Origin: Chloroflexota bacterium
GTDB lineage: Bacteria > Chloroflexota > Anaerolineae > J036 > Brachytrichaceae
Assembly (NCBI GenBank): GCA_030550095.1
Contig: JAUQQA010000003.1
Span: 25,108 to 89,107 of the forward strand
Length of the DNA: 64,000 nt
Direction of reading: 5' to 3'
Below the pieces are notes generated by a model. That model saw only the letters and a program-made list of their open reading frames with translations, was not told where the DNA came from and did no database searches. This document shows positions 20,534-31,165 of this stretch, piece by piece. The position numbers were made by a program, and so were the translations under genes. The first letter of the stretch is position 1. Every line of letters begins with the position of its first letter.

Positions 20534-20562
20534 ACAGCCGACCTTGCGTCGGCTGTTTTTTT
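20534..20562 (+). terminator. Rho-independent terminator after tRNA-Met
   Basis: 9-bp perfect stem ACAGCCGAC / GTCGGCTGT, 5-nt loop CTTGC, then T7 (20556-20562). It abuts the stop codon of the convergent lepB. Confidence 0.65.
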
Positions 20563-21139
20563 ACTTTGCCGAGTGCGCATAGTGCTGGACGAAGTGGAAT
20601 TCGTTGAGCGGCCAATACACCACAAGCGCGCGCCCGATCAGCAGCGACGCCGGCACGGGACCAAAGGCACGCGAATCTTGGCTATAGCTGCGGTTGTCCC
20701 CAAGCACGAAGTACTCATCGGCACCGAGCTGCCAGTAGCTGATCTCCCGCGTAGGACCTGAGTAGGCGTTTGGCGGGAGATAAGGCTCGTCCAAAGGGAT
20801 GCCGTTGATGAACACACGGTTATCACGCAGCTCAACCACGTCGCCTGGAATGCCCACGATGCGCTTGATCAGTTCGATGTCTTGCACCGGTGAGCGCATG
20901 ATCACCACGTCGCCACGGTTGTAGCCGAACAGGCGGGGCGTGATCTTGTCCACTAGCAGGCGCTGGTTCTCGTGGTAATTCGGCTCCATGCTTTGCCCTA
21001 GGATGGCGTAGTTGCCAATCGCTAAGCGTGCAACGAGGAACACAAGCACGAAGAGCGCCAACGTCTCGGCAATCTCGCGCAGCAGCCCTCGCCCAACGCC
21101 AGCGCTGCGCTCAGGTGCAGGTGCGGATTCGGTGCTCAT
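20561..21139 (-). CDS. lepB: Signal peptidase I
   Basis: Catalytic Ser motif GQSMEPN, GDVVIMRSP, Lys box IKRIVGIPGD, and GDNRSYSQDSR. Start chosen at MSTESAP, where ATGA (21136-21139) overlaps the upstream gene's stop. The track start at 21151 is also possible. Confidence 0.9.
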   Translation of the reverse strand: MSTESAPAPERSAGVGRGLLREIAETLALFVLVFLVARLAIGNYAILGQSMEPNYHENQRLLVDKITPRLFGYNRGDVVIMRSPVQDIELIKRIVGIPGDVVELRDNRVFINGIPLDEPYLPPNAYSGPTREISYWQLGADEYFVLGDNRSYSQDSRAFGPVPASLLIGRALVVYWPLNEFHFVQHYAHSAK

Positions 21140-21900
21140 GCCTGTAGCCACCCCCGTGCCGCGAGATTCGCGTAGCTGCGCGCGGCGCTTTCCAGCTCGC
21201 CCTCAGGGCAGTGATCCATCTCGACGATATACCAGTGCACACCTGCTGCGTCACCTGCTGCGAGGATAGCGCCGAAATCCAGCGCGCCTTCGCCCAAGAT
21301 CATGTCGCGGGGATTGGTGGGGTCAGCGCTGATGTCTTTCAGGTGGAGCAGGGGCACGCGCCCAGCGTACTTGCGGATGTAGGCGACTGGGTCTTCGCCA
21401 CCGCGCTTGACCCAGTAAGTGTCCAGCTCCGCTTTGAGGAAAGTTGGGTCGGCGGCGCCGAACAAGATGTCGATCGCGTAATGACCGTCGAGGCGCTCGA
21501 ACTCGAAGTCGTGGTTGTGGTAGTAAAACGTCAAGCCGTAGCGCTGTGCAGCTTGACCCGCGCGCTCCATGATGCGCGCCGCCTCGCGCCAACCTTCGGC
21601 GGTGCGAAACCGCTCTGGAACCCAACCGACGCCCACATACGAAGCGCCGAGCGCGGCGAAGTGCTCCAAAGTGCGCTGGAGAGCGTCGCCTTGCACGTCT
21701 TCGATGCGACAGTGACCGCCGATGGGTGTCAAGCCGATTGCTGCCAAGTGCGCGCGTAGGACTTGCGGCGCGTAGCCACCGAAGTCGCCGAAGAATTCAA
21801 CCCCGCGATAACCTATTGCTGCAAGCTGTTCGAGCACGCCGAGGAAATCGCGCCGCAGCGCGTGGCGCACCATGTAAAGCTGAATGCCGATGTTTCGCAT
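21136..21900 (-). CDS. Sugar phosphate isomerase/epimerase (xylose-isomerase-like TIM barrel)
   Basis: 254 aa. IGIQLYMVR N-terminus, YHNHDFEF, LLHLKD, and YIVEMD, typical of the AP-endonuclease-2/TIM-barrel family. Confidence 0.78.
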   Translation of the reverse strand: MRNIGIQLYMVRHALRRDFLGVLEQLAAIGYRGVEFFGDFGGYAPQVLRAHLAAIGLTPIGGHCRIEDVQGDALQRTLEHFAALGASYVGVGWVPERFRTAEGWREAARIMERAGQAAQRYGLTFYYHNHDFEFERLDGHYAIDILFGAADPTFLKAELDTYWVKRGGEDPVAYIRKYAGRVPLLHLKDISADPTNPRDMILGEGALDFGAILAAGDAAGVHWYIVEMDHCPEGELESAARSYANLAARGWLQA

Positions 21901-21999
21901 GGAGACGTGCGCGATTCTAACGCGCGTTCATGGACGCAATAAGGTTCACCGTATAATTCGATAGCCTCTCCTACGACCTCTCTTGTCAAAAGGAACATC

Positions 22000-24669
22000 G
22001 TGAGCGAGCAAGCGTTCAGCATGGAACGGACAGGCGGAGAAGTCCTGCGCTCACCTAACGGCGCTGATACCGCCGCTGAAGCCGTGATCGAATCGCCAAA
22101 TCTAGGGCGAATTCGCGACACCGACATTGATCGCGAAATGCGCGGCGCTTATCTCGATTACGCCATGAGCGTGATCGTCAGCCGCGCTTTGCCCGATGCG
22201 CGCGATGGGCTGAAGCCCGTGCAGCGACGCATCCTCTACGTGATGCACGAGACTGGCGCGCGCAGCAACGCGCCCTATCGCAAAAGCGCGCGCATCGTTG
22301 GCGACGTGCTCGGCAAGTTTCACCCTCACGGCGACCAAGCAGTGTACGAGGCGCTGGCGCGCATGGCCCAGGACTTCTCCATTCGTTATCCGTTGATTGA
22401 CGGCCAAGGTAACTTCGGCAGCGTGGATGGCGATCCACCAGCAGCCATGCGCTACACTGAAGCGCGCCTCTCGCGCCTCGCCGAGGAGCTGCTCACCGAT
22501 CTCGACAAGGAGACGGTGGATTGGGTGGACAACTTCGATGGCACGTTGAAAGAGCCGAGCGTGCTCCCAGCGGCGGTCCCCAATTTGTTGCTCAACGGCG
22601 CCTCAGGCATCGCCGTCGGCATGGCAACCAACATCCCGCCGCATAACTTGCGTGAGCTATGCCAAGCCATCGCCTACGTGATCGATCGGTGGGACGCGCT
22701 CGATGAGATCAGCGTGGACGACCTCATGGCGCTCCTGCCGGGTCCCGATTTCCCCACCGGCGGCTTGATCATCGGGCGCGAGGGGATCGCCAGCGCCTAC
22801 GCGACGGGGCACGGGCGGCTGGTGTTGCGCGGCGTCGCTACCGTTGAGGAGATGAAGGGCGGACGCCACCAGATCGTGATCACCGAGCTGCCCTACCAGG
22901 TGAACAAAGCGATGCTGATCGAGCGCATCGCCGACCTGGTGCGCGAGGGGCGCATCGAGGAGATCAGCGATTTGCGCGATGAAAGCGACCGCCGTGGGAT
23001 GCGCATCGTGATCGAGCTGCGGCGTGGCGCACAGCCCAATCATGTGCTCAACCGCCTCTACAAGCTCACCGCGTTGCAAAGCACCTTCGGCGTGCAGATG
23101 TTGGCGCTGGTCACTGATGCAGACGGGCGCTTGCAGCCGCGCTTGCTCAGCTTGAAGCGCGCGTTGGTGATTTTCGTTGAGCACCGCCGCGAGGTCATCC
23201 GCCGCCGCAGCCAATTCGATCTCGAGAAGACGCGCGCACGCGCCCACATCTTGGAAGGCTTGCGCATCGCGCTCAACTTCCTCGATCTCGTGATTCAGAT
23301 CGTCCGCAGCGCGCCCGATGCGGAAACGGCAAAGGCGCAGCTCATCGCGCAGCTCAACTTGAGCGAGGCGCAAGCACAAGCTATCCTCGACATGCAATTG
23401 CGCCGCCTCGCTGCGCTGGAGCGCCAAAAGATCGAAGAGGAGTACCAAGACTGCCTGAAGACCATCGCGTATCTCGAGGACTTGCTCGCGCACCCACACA
23501 AGATTCTGGCGCTCGTCAAGGAAGAGACGCTCAAGCTCGCGGAGCGCTACGGAGACGCGCGGCGCACGCGTATTCTCGCCGACGCGCGCGAGGATTTTGA
23601 CGAAGAGGAGCTGATCCCAGAGCGCGAGGAGCTGATCTCGATCACCGAGCGCGGCTACATCAAGCGCACGCCCGCCGACACCTACCGCGCTCAAAGCCGC
23701 GGCGGGCGCGGCGTGAGCGGTATGACCACCAAAGACGAGGATGAGGTGATCTTCTTGCTCAGCGCGCGCACGCACGACACTGTGCTTTTCTTCAGCGATC
23801 GCGGGCGCGCGTACGCGCTGCGCGCCTTTCAAATCCCGGAAGGAGATCGCACGGCGAAGGGCGTGCTGCTGATGAACCTGATCGCGCTCGGCGAGGGCGA
23901 GAAGATCACCGCCGCGCTTGCCGTGCCGAAGGCGCTGATGCAGCAAGTGCGCGCAACGCAGAGCGAGGACGAAGAAACCGATTCGGTGCTTGGCGACGAA
24001 GCGGAGTTGCCCGACCTGGAGACCGAATCCGCCTCGTCGAGCAACGGGATGGAGGCGCCCGTGCCGACATTAGCGCTGTGCACGCGACAAGGCAAGATCA
24101 AGCGCATGGACCTCGCCGCGTTTGCCAACATCCGCAGCAGCGGGTTGAGCTGCATGACGCTGAGCGAAGGCGATGCGCTGAGCTACGTGCGCCTAACGCC
24201 CGGCAATGCGGAGCTGATGTTGGTGACGGCCTACGGGCAAGCGCTGCGCTTTCACGAATCTCTAGTGCGCCGCATGGGGCGGCTTGCAGGGGGTGTGCGC
24301 GCTATGCGCTTCAAACATGCTGACGATTTCATCGCCGGTATGGACGTGGTTGAGCCAGGCGGCTACTTGCTCACCGTCACGGAGCGCGGCTTTGGCAAGT
24401 GCACAGCGCTGGATGAGTACAGCACCCAAGGGCGCGGCGGGAGCGGCATGCGCACGATGAGCAACGCGCTGGAGACCACCGGGCGCATCGTCGCAGCGCA
24501 TGTTGTGCAGCCCGACGATCACATCACCATCATCAGCGCAAACGGTGTGGTCTTGCGCCAGCGCGTGAGCGATGTCCCCAAGACGGGGCGCGCCACGCGC
24601 GGCTCGCGGCTGATGGACCTGCGCGAAGGGGACAGCGTGGCGAGCGTAGCGCGGCTGCGCGCTCCGTAA
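22000..24669 (+). CDS. gyrA: DNA gyrase subunit A
   Basis: 889 aa with a GTG start. [27 protein letters not shown], active-site Tyr region AAMRYTE, and GyrA-box RGGRGVSG. The C-terminal beta-pinwheel carries an acidic insertion (see findings). Confidence 0.97.
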   Translation: MSEQAFSMERTGGEVLRSPNGADTAAEAVIESPNLGRIRDTDIDREMRGAYLDYAMSVIVSRALPDARDGLKPVQRRILYVMHETGARSNAPYRKSARIVGDVLGKFHPHGDQAVYEALARMAQDFSIRYPLIDGQGNFGSVDGDPPAAMRYTEARLSRLAEELLTDLDKETVDWVDNFDGTLKEPSVLPAAVPNLLLNGASGIAVGMATNIPPHNLRELCQAIAYVIDRWDALDEISVDDLMALLPGPDFPTGGLIIGREGIASAYATGHGRLVLRGVATVEEMKGGRHQIVITELPYQVNKAMLIERIADLVREGRIEEISDLRDESDRRGMRIVIELRRGAQPNHVLNRLYKLTALQSTFGVQMLALVTDADGRLQPRLLSLKRALVIFVEHRREVIRRRSQFDLEKTRARAHILEGLRIALNFLDLVIQIVRSAPDAETAKAQLIAQLNLSEAQAQAILDMQLRRLAALERQKIEEEYQDCLKTIAYLEDLLAHPHKILALVKEETLKLAERYGDARRTRILADAREDFDEEELIPEREELISITERGYIKRTPADTYRAQSRGGRGVSGMTTKDEDEVIFLLSARTHDTVLFFSDRGRAYALRAFQIPEGDRTAKGVLLMNLIALGEGEKITAALAVPKALMQQVRATQSEDEETDSVLGDEAELPDLETESASSSNGMEAPVPTLALCTRQGKIKRMDLAAFANIRSSGLSCMTLSEGDALSYVRLTPGNAELMLVTAYGQALRFHESLVRRMGRLAGGVRAMRFKHADDFIAGMDVVEPGGYLLTVTERGFGKCTALDEYSTQGRGGSGMRTMSNALETTGRIVAAHVVQPDDHITIISANGVVLRQRVSDVPKTGRATRGSRLMDLREGDSVASVARLRAP

Positions 24670-24674
24670 GCGCG

Positions 24675-27125
24675 TTACTCATACGCCAGCACCTCGCGCA
24701 CCGTGAGCCGTGAGGCACGCCACGCCGGCGCGAGGCTTGCGAGCGTCGCCACCACCAACACCGCGACGAGCCAGATCGCCAGCCCGCTCCACGAATAGGC
24801 GAAGTCAAGCGGGCGGCGCATGAAGGCGATCCCCACCGCCTCGCACATCAAGCGCCCGATCGGCAACGCGAGCGCTGCGCCGATCAACCAACTCAGCGCG
24901 CCGATCACCAGCCCTTCGCCGATGATGATGCGCCGAATTGCGCCATCGCTGGCGCCGATCGCGCGCATCACACCGATCTCGCGCGTGCGCTCGAGCACGT
25001 TGATGCTCATTGTCCCCGCCAAGCCCAAGCCACCAACGATTGCCAACAGCAGCGCGGTGAGGATCAAAAACGTGATCAGCAGATCGAACTGAAAGGTGAT
25101 TTGCTCACGGCGCTCGGTCAACGTCTCGGTGAGCTGCACGGGCATGTTCTCGGCGCGGAAAGCGGATTCGATCGCGCGCGCCACTTGGGATTGGAACGCG
25201 CCGTCGTGCTGCTCGGTGACGACGACCAATGTGCGCACTTGGCGCCCGGTGAACAGCGCCGCGCGAAAGCCCTCGCGGTTCATGTAGATCACACGCGGGT
25301 TGCGGATTTGTCCGGTGAGCACGCTTTGTGTCACGCCCACGATCTGCGCGCGCACGGTGCGATTCCCAAAACGCAATGCGATCGTGTCGCCCAGGCGAAG
25401 GTCGGGGTTGTCTTCGAGCACTTCCGTGTTCACCACAACGGCGTTTGCGTCCTCGGGTGTCAGCCAGCGCCCTTGCAGGATGAGCGGTTGCAGCAGGCGC
25501 GTATCCGCAGGCGGCGCGATGACCTCAATCACGCGCCCTTCGCTGCCATCTTCGCGCACGCGGCGCGCGCTCCCTGTGCTCCATGCCTCAGCATACACCA
25601 CGCCGGGCACTTGGCGCACGGCGTTGAGCGCTCGATCTTCGCCGTGCAAGCCCCGCAGCGTCACCTCGACATCATATTGCCAATAGCGCAATGAGATCGC
25701 CAAGCTGCGATGCAACGAGTCGCGCACGGTGAAGACGGCGATGAAGATCGCGCTCGCCAAGACCAGCGTGCCCATCGTGAGCACAAGGCGCGCTTTGCGG
25801 CGAAAGGTGTTGCGCAGCGCGAGCAAGAACGGTCGTGAGACCCAATGCTCGAGCGCCGCGGCGAGGTTAAGCCGTAGGGGCAGGCGCGGCGCGCGCAGGC
25901 GCGCACCTGTGCCGGTGCTGTCGCTCAAGCCTGTTGCGGTGATCGCCTCGCGCACGGTGATGCGCGCACCAGTGAGCACAGGGAAGAGCGCCGCCACCAA
26001 CGGCAACAGCAACCCCACGCCGATCTCAAGCGCGAGCACTTCGAGCGGCAGCGTGCGTGTGAGGATGTCGAAGTTCAGCAGTCCCGCGACGAAGTTCACC
26101 AGCCACAGCGCGCCCAACGTCCCCAGCGGCACGGCGATGATCAACGCTAGCACGCCGAAGATCGTCACCGTGGTGAGATACAGCCCGACGATCTGCGGCG
26201 TCCGCGCGCCGACTGACTTCATGATGCCGATGTGTTTGATCTGCTGCGCGACGATGGCGGTGGTGGTGTTGACCACGAGAAAGCCGCTCAAGAACAAAGC
26301 GAGCGCACCCAACGCCACCAGGATCAGCAGCATGGATTGCAGTTGATCCTCGGCGTAGTGCCGACCGGGCGCTTGGGGGATGTTCGCGCTGAGGAAGAGG
26401 CGCCCGCTGTCCTCGATGCGGTCTTTGATCGCGTCAGCGACGCGCTGCAAGTGCTCGCGGTCGGTGAGGTCGCGCGCGACGCGCACGCGCACTTCGTTGT
26501 AACGCTTGGGGAACCCAAGCCACTCCAACGTTTCCGGCGTGATGTAGCCGCTGCCGAAGTTGGCGAACATCACTGGTGGCGCGTTGATGTCGAACACGGT
26601 GCCCGCGATGCGCAGATCGCGCGTTTTGCCGTCGGGGAGTTCCACGGTGATTGTGTCGCCGATCTGTTTGTTGAACAGGCGCAGCGTGCTGCGCTCTAGC
26701 AAGATTTCACGCCGCGGCGGGACGCGCGCGCCGTCCTGATGCCAAAAGCGGTCGAGACGCACGTTGTCGAAGTCCCAAAGGGCATAGAGGATCAAATTGC
26801 TGCGTGCTTCGCCGAGGAGCACGCGCAACACGTACACGCTACGCCCCTGCGCTTCAGCAACCTCGGGCATACGCGCGACAGCACGCACGAATTGCTCATC
26901 AAGGTCGCTGGCTTGCACGCCGAAGCTAGCTTCGTGGCTCGCCTCATATTGCGTGCGCAGGTCGCGCGCGAGAATGGTGCGCGCGCCCGCGAGTGCGCCA
27001 ACAGCGAACACGCCCACCGCGATGGAGAGCACTACCAGCGCGGTGCGCGTCTTGTTGAGCCAAAGCTCGCGCAGCACTTTGCGCCAACGCGGCGCGAGCA
27101 ACAGCGAAGTATCGGAGCGGGTCAT
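24675..27125 (-). CDS. ABC transporter permease, double FtsX/MacB-type (no fused ATPase)
   Basis: Two FtsX-like 4-TM modules, each preceded by a large periplasmic loop, with conserved GxMxAxGA segments (IGIMKSVGA, IGVMRAIGA). Start chosen at MTRSDTS, where ATGA (27122-27125) overlaps the NUDIX stop. Confidence 0.85.
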   Translation of the reverse strand: MTRSDTSLLLAPRWRKVLRELWLNKTRTALVVLSIAVGVFAVGALAGARTILARDLRTQYEASHEASFGVQASDLDEQFVRAVARMPEVAEAQGRSVYVLRVLLGEARSNLILYALWDFDNVRLDRFWHQDGARVPPRREILLERSTLRLFNKQIGDTITVELPDGKTRDLRIAGTVFDINAPPVMFANFGSGYITPETLEWLGFPKRYNEVRVRVARDLTDREHLQRVADAIKDRIEDSGRLFLSANIPQAPGRHYAEDQLQSMLLILVALGALALFLSGFLVVNTTTAIVAQQIKHIGIMKSVGARTPQIVGLYLTTVTIFGVLALIIAVPLGTLGALWLVNFVAGLLNFDILTRTLPLEVLALEIGVGLLLPLVAALFPVLTGARITVREAITATGLSDSTGTGARLRAPRLPLRLNLAAALEHWVSRPFLLALRNTFRRKARLVLTMGTLVLASAIFIAVFTVRDSLHRSLAISLRYWQYDVEVTLRGLHGEDRALNAVRQVPGVVYAEAWSTGSARRVREDGSEGRVIEVIAPPADTRLLQPLILQGRWLTPEDANAVVVNTEVLEDNPDLRLGDTIALRFGNRTVRAQIVGVTQSVLTGQIRNPRVIYMNREGFRAALFTGRQVRTLVVVTEQHDGAFQSQVARAIESAFRAENMPVQLTETLTERREQITFQFDLLITFLILTALLLAIVGGLGLAGTMSINVLERTREIGVMRAIGASDGAIRRIIIGEGLVIGALSWLIGAALALPIGRLMCEAVGIAFMRRPLDFAYSWSGLAIWLVAVLVVATLASLAPAWRASRLTVREVLAYE

Positions 27126-27694
27126 GTGTGAAGCAAAGCGAGCGCCATGCACGTCGCCCACGACATCACTTTAAACGCGCCCTCGTTCAAAGCGCGGCGC
27201 ACGTCATCGCGGGAAAGGCGCACCACTTCTTGTGGCTCTAGGTCATCCGCATTGGGAGGCTGCACGGGGCGCGCGCCGCGCGCGAGCCACAAATGCCCGC
27301 GCCCTGCGCCCCGGTTGCCGTCCACGGCGTAGCTGCCCAACGCGATCCAAGTTGGCGCGGCATAGCCCAGCTCCTCGAGCAGCTCGCGCTGCGCCGCATG
27401 CAAGGGGTCTTCGCCAGGGTGCATGTAGCCGCCAATGGTCGCCAAGGTCCACCCCGAAACGGCGTATTTCGTTTGTCGAAAGCAGAGGAAATCGCCGTCT
27501 TCATCTTGCACCGCGACGTTGACAAAGTCTGGGGTCTCTACCCAAGCCCAATCCGGGATCACGCTGCCATTGGGGAGCACCACTTCGTGCAACTCCAGCC
27601 GAAGCCAAGGCGGCTGATCGAACACCAAGCGGCGTGTGCGCGTATGCCAAAGCTGTTCGTCCATGGTCGGCGCGATCGTACTGGCTATGTGCAT
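27122..27694 (-). CDS. NUDIX hydrolase
   Basis: Nudix box GGYMHPGEDPLHAAQRELLEELGY (GX5EX7REUXEEXGU). Start at MHIAST (cat 27692-27694). Confidence 0.85.
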   Translation of the reverse strand: MHIASTIAPTMDEQLWHTRTRRLVFDQPPWLRLELHEVVLPNGSVIPDWAWVETPDFVNVAVQDEDGDFLCFRQTKYAVSGWTLATIGGYMHPGEDPLHAAQRELLEELGYAAPTWIALGSYAVDGNRGAGRGHLWLARGARPVQPPNADDLEPQEVVRLSRDDVRRALNEGAFKVMSWATCMALALLHT

Positions 27695-27812
27695 GGGCTG
27701 AGCGTTTGTGTAGCACCTGGTCGCATGGCAGATGCAAAAACCCACATCTCAGCTTATAGTTGCCGAAAAGGCGCGCGCGAGCGCGCACACGTTGTGCTTG
27801 TGGGAGCAGACC

Positions 27813-30545
27813 ATGACGGTGCAAACCGCAACAGGAAAAGTGATCACCTCCATCGAAGCGGCAGCGCGCGAGCGAGATTCGTTCGAGGCGCTTTTCAAGC
27901 CGAAGACCATTGCTGTCATCGGCGCAACAGAGAAAGAAGGCAGCGTTGGGTTGGCGATCATGCGCAACTTGAAGCCGTTTCGCGGCCAAGTGTTTCCCGT
28001 TAACCCGAATCGCGCGACCGTGCTCGGCTTGAAAGCGTATCCGAACATCGCAGCTGTGCCCACGCGCGTTGACCTTGCCGTGATCGTCACGCCAGCGCCG
28101 ACTGTGCCGGGCATCGTCGGTGAATGCATTGCTGCGGGCGTGAAGGCAGCGTTGATCATCTCCGCGGGCTTCAAGGAGATCGGTCCTGAAGGTGCTGAGC
28201 TGGAGCGGCAAATCCTCGAGCAAGCGCGCCGCGCGCACATGCGCATCGTCGGGCCTAACTGTTTGGGCATCATGAACACGCACCTCGGCTTAAACGCCAC
28301 GTTTGCCGACCGCATGGCGCGCCCGGGTAAAGTCGCGTTCCTCAGCCAATCTGGCGCGCTGTGCACCGCCGTGCTTGATTGGAGCTTCCGCGAGAACGTG
28401 GGCTTCAGCTACTTCATCTCGGTGGGTTCGATGCTCGATGTGGGGTGGGGCGACCTAATTGACTACCTCGGCGACGACCCGAACACGGAGAGCATCGTGA
28501 TGTACATGGAGACGATCGGCGACGCGCGCGCGTTCATCAGCGCTGCGCGCGAGGTGGCGATGAACAAGCCGATCATCGTGATCAAGGCAGGGCGCACAAG
28601 CGCCGCGGCGAAAGCCGCTGCCTCGCACACTGGCTCGCTTGCTGGCAGCGATGACGCGCTCGACGCCGCGTTTCGGCGCTGCGGCGTGTTGCGTGTGGAC
28701 ACCATCAGCGACTTGTTCCACATGGCAGAAGTGTTGAGCAAGCAGCCGCGCCCGCGCGGCCCGCGCCTCACCATCGTCACCAACGCCGGCGGTCCGGGCG
28801 TGCTGGCAACAGATGCGCTTGTGTTGAGTGGTGGCGAGCTTGCAACGCTTACGCCCGAGACGATGGAAAAGCTCGACGCTATCTTGCCGCCAGCGTGGAG
28901 TCACAACAACCCCATTGACGTGCTCGGCGACGCAACACCCGAGCGCTACGCACAAGCCTTGGAGATCGCCGCTGCCGATCCCAACAGCGATGGTCTGCTC
29001 GTTATCCTCACACCGCAGGCAATGACTGACCCGAAAGCAACTGCGGAATTGCTCAAGCCCTACGCGCGCTTGCGCAACAAACCATTGCTTGCGAGCTGGA
29101 TGGGCGGCGATGTAGTGGCAGAGGGGCAGCGCATCCTCAACGAAGCCAACATCCCCACCTTCGACCATCCCGATACTGCTGCGCGCATGTTCACGTACAT
29201 GTGGCGCTACGCTGATAACCTGCGCGCGCTTTACGAGACGCCCGTGCCTGTTGAGGAGCGCGTCGTTAACCGCGCAGAGGCAGAAGCGATCATCAACCGC
29301 GTGCGCAGCAGTGGGCGCACGTTGCTCACGGAGTACGAATCCAAGAAGCTCCTGGCTGCGTATGGCATCCCCACTGTGTTGACAGAGATCGCAACTGACG
29401 AGGATGAAGCTGTGCGCATCGCTGAGCACATCGGCTACCCTGTTGTGCTCAAGCTACACTCGGAGACGATCACGCACAAAACCGATGTTGGCGGCGTGAA
29501 GCTCAATCTGCGCGATGCGCAGGCTGTGCGCGAGGCGTTCCGACTGATCAAAGCGGCGGTGTTGGCGCGGGGCAAGCCAGGCGACTTCCTCGGCGTGACA
29601 GTGCAGCCGATGATCGCGCTCGAAGGCTATGAGCTGATCCTCGGCAGCACCACCGATGCGCAGCTCGGTCCGGTGTTGCTCTTCGGTGCGGGCGGGCAAT
29701 TGGTCGAGGTGTTTAAGGATCGTGCGCTTGGGCTGCCGCCCTTGAACACCACGCTGGCGCGCCGCCTCATGGAGCAAACGCGCATCTACACCGCGCTGCA
29801 CGGCGTGCGCGGGCGCAAACCTGTGGACCTCAGCGAGCTTGAGCAGATTTTGGTGCGCTTCAGCTACTTAGTGAGCGAGCAGCGCTGGATCAAAGAGCTG
29901 GACATCAACCCGCTCTTGGCTTCAGACAAGCAGATCATCGCTCTGGACGCGCGCGTGGTGTTGCATGATCCTCGTCTTGACGAGCGCGATTTGCCGCGCC
30001 GCGCCATTCGCCCATACCCCATCCGCTACGTAGCGCCGTTCACGCTCAACGACGGCACACGCGTGTTGATCCGCCCAATTCGCCCCGAGGATGAACCGTT
30101 GCTGGTGGAGTTTCACCACACGCTTTCTGAAGAGAGCGTGTATTTGCGCTACTTCCACCCATTTCCGCTCAGCGAGCGCATCGCGCACGAGCGCCTCACG
30201 CGCATTTGTTTCATCAACTACGAGCGTGAGATGGCGCTTGTTGCTGAGCTGCGCGACGAGCAAGGCAAGCCACACATCATCGGTGTAGGACGCTTGATCA
30301 AACTGCGCGGCGGGCTAGAGGCAGAGTTCGCCATTTTGGTCACCGATGCGTATCAGCATCTTGGGCTTGGGCGCGAGTTGCTCTCGCGGCTCGTGCAGAT
30401 CGGGCGTGAGGAAGGTGTGGTGCGCATCACCGCAGACATCCTGCCAGAGAACACCGGCATGATTCGCGTGAGCGAGCAGGTGGGCTTTACGTGTCGCCTT
30501 GATCCTGAAGAAGGCGTCGTGAAGGCGGAGATTGTGCTGCGCTAG
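27813..30545 (+). CDS. Pat/PatZ-like protein acetyltransferase (ADP-forming acetyl-CoA synthetase-like domains + C-terminal GNAT)
   Basis: About 910 aa from ATG 27813. CoA-binding domain ([14 protein letters not shown]), succinyl-CoA-synthetase-like flavodoxin domain, ATP-grasp ([21 protein letters not shown]), and C-terminal GNAT ([19 protein letters not shown]). Confidence 0.85.
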   Translation: MTVQTATGKVITSIEAAARERDSFEALFKPKTIAVIGATEKEGSVGLAIMRNLKPFRGQVFPVNPNRATVLGLKAYPNIAAVPTRVDLAVIVTPAPTVPGIVGECIAAGVKAALIISAGFKEIGPEGAELERQILEQARRAHMRIVGPNCLGIMNTHLGLNATFADRMARPGKVAFLSQSGALCTAVLDWSFRENVGFSYFISVGSMLDVGWGDLIDYLGDDPNTESIVMYMETIGDARAFISAAREVAMNKPIIVIKAGRTSAAAKAAASHTGSLAGSDDALDAAFRRCGVLRVDTISDLFHMAEVLSKQPRPRGPRLTIVTNAGGPGVLATDALVLSGGELATLTPETMEKLDAILPPAWSHNNPIDVLGDATPERYAQALEIAAADPNSDGLLVILTPQAMTDPKATAELLKPYARLRNKPLLASWMGGDVVAEGQRILNEANIPTFDHPDTAARMFTYMWRYADNLRALYETPVPVEERVVNRAEAEAIINRVRSSGRTLLTEYESKKLLAAYGIPTVLTEIATDEDEAVRIAEHIGYPVVLKLHSETITHKTDVGGVKLNLRDAQAVREAFRLIKAAVLARGKPGDFLGVTVQPMIALEGYELILGSTTDAQLGPVLLFGAGGQLVEVFKDRALGLPPLNTTLARRLMEQTRIYTALHGVRGRKPVDLSELEQILVRFSYLVSEQRWIKELDINPLLASDKQIIALDARVVLHDPRLDERDLPRRAIRPYPIRYVAPFTLNDGTRVLIRPIRPEDEPLLVEFHHTLSEESVYLRYFHPFPLSERIAHERLTRICFINYEREMALVAELRDEQGKPHIIGVGRLIKLRGGLEAEFAILVTDAYQHLGLGRELLSRLVQIGREEGVVRITADILPENTGMIRVSEQVGFTCRLDPEEGVVKAEIVLR

Positions 30546-30555
30546 TGCCCGCATC

Positions 30556-31158
30556 TCATTTGCGCCCGAAATCGGCAGGGTTTTCACCCCACAGGTCGGT
30601 GCGCCATTTGAGCACGGCGTTGCAGTAAGGTGTTTCCATGAGCCACCGTTCCGCCTCGGCGATGCGCGCGAAGAGCGCATCATTGTTCGCGGTGCGCGGC
30701 AATCGGGTGGCGCAATGCGCATGTGCAACCCAGAGGATGGCGTTGTTCGAGTCGGTGAACACAGGGGATCGGTCCGCGCGTGCTGTGAGCCAACGCAGCG
30801 CGTCCACGATGGCGAGAAACTCGCCGATGTTGTTGGTGGCGTCGGGAAAGGGACCGTGGCGGAAGATCTCGACGCCATCGGCAATGCGCACGCAGCGGTA
30901 GAACATCAAGCCGTCTGCGCTGCTGAGCGCAGCGTCCACAGCGTAGCCCGTGCGCACTTTGGGCGGCAAAGCGGCGCGTGTTTGTTGAGCTGCTGTGTGC
31001 GCGTCGCCAGCAGCAAAAGCAGCCAACGCTTCGGCTTCGCTGGTGAACGATTTGTAGGCAGCGTTGGGGTAGCCTTCCACTTGCGCGCGTGCAGCGTCCC
31101 AAGCGTCATACACGCCAGGCACGCGCCCGCGCCAAACCACATACCACTTTTTCGCCAT
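30556..31158 (-). CDS. rnhA: Ribonuclease H1 with N-terminal hybrid-binding (viroplasmin-like) domain
   Basis: 200 aa from MAKKWYVVWRGRVPGVYDAWDAARAQVEGYPNAAYKSFTSEAEA (HBD). The RNase H core has candidate DEDD residues (AVDAA, NNIGEF, FTDSN, NPADFG). The 76-codon upstream extension in the track overlaps sucD and was discarded. Confidence 0.8.
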   Translation of the reverse strand: MAKKWYVVWRGRVPGVYDAWDAARAQVEGYPNAAYKSFTSEAEALAAFAAGDAHTAAQQTRAALPPKVRTGYAVDAALSSADGLMFYRCVRIADGVEIFRHGPFPDATNNIGEFLAIVDALRWLTARADRSPVFTDSNNAILWVAHAHCATRLPRTANNDALFARIAEAERWLMETPYCNAVLKWRTDLWGENPADFGRK

Positions 31159-31165
31159 TCTGCCG

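Noticed and set aside
20534-20562. Bidirectional terminator also serving lepB
   Set aside because: On the minus strand the hairpin is not followed by a U-tract (the sequence continues CTCGGCAG). Termination of the lepB transcript here is therefore unsupported, and only the + strand (tRNA) function is called.
22657-23946. 429-aa minus-strand ORF inside gyrA
   Set aside because: It lies entirely antisense to a textbook GyrA sequence. The translation is low-complexity (R/A/L/H/Q-rich). Long antisense ORFs are expected at this GC content.
28455-29429. 324-aa minus-strand ORF inside the Pat-like gene
   Set aside because: It is antisense to well-conserved CoA-ligase/ATP-grasp sequence and its composition is R/A/H-rich.
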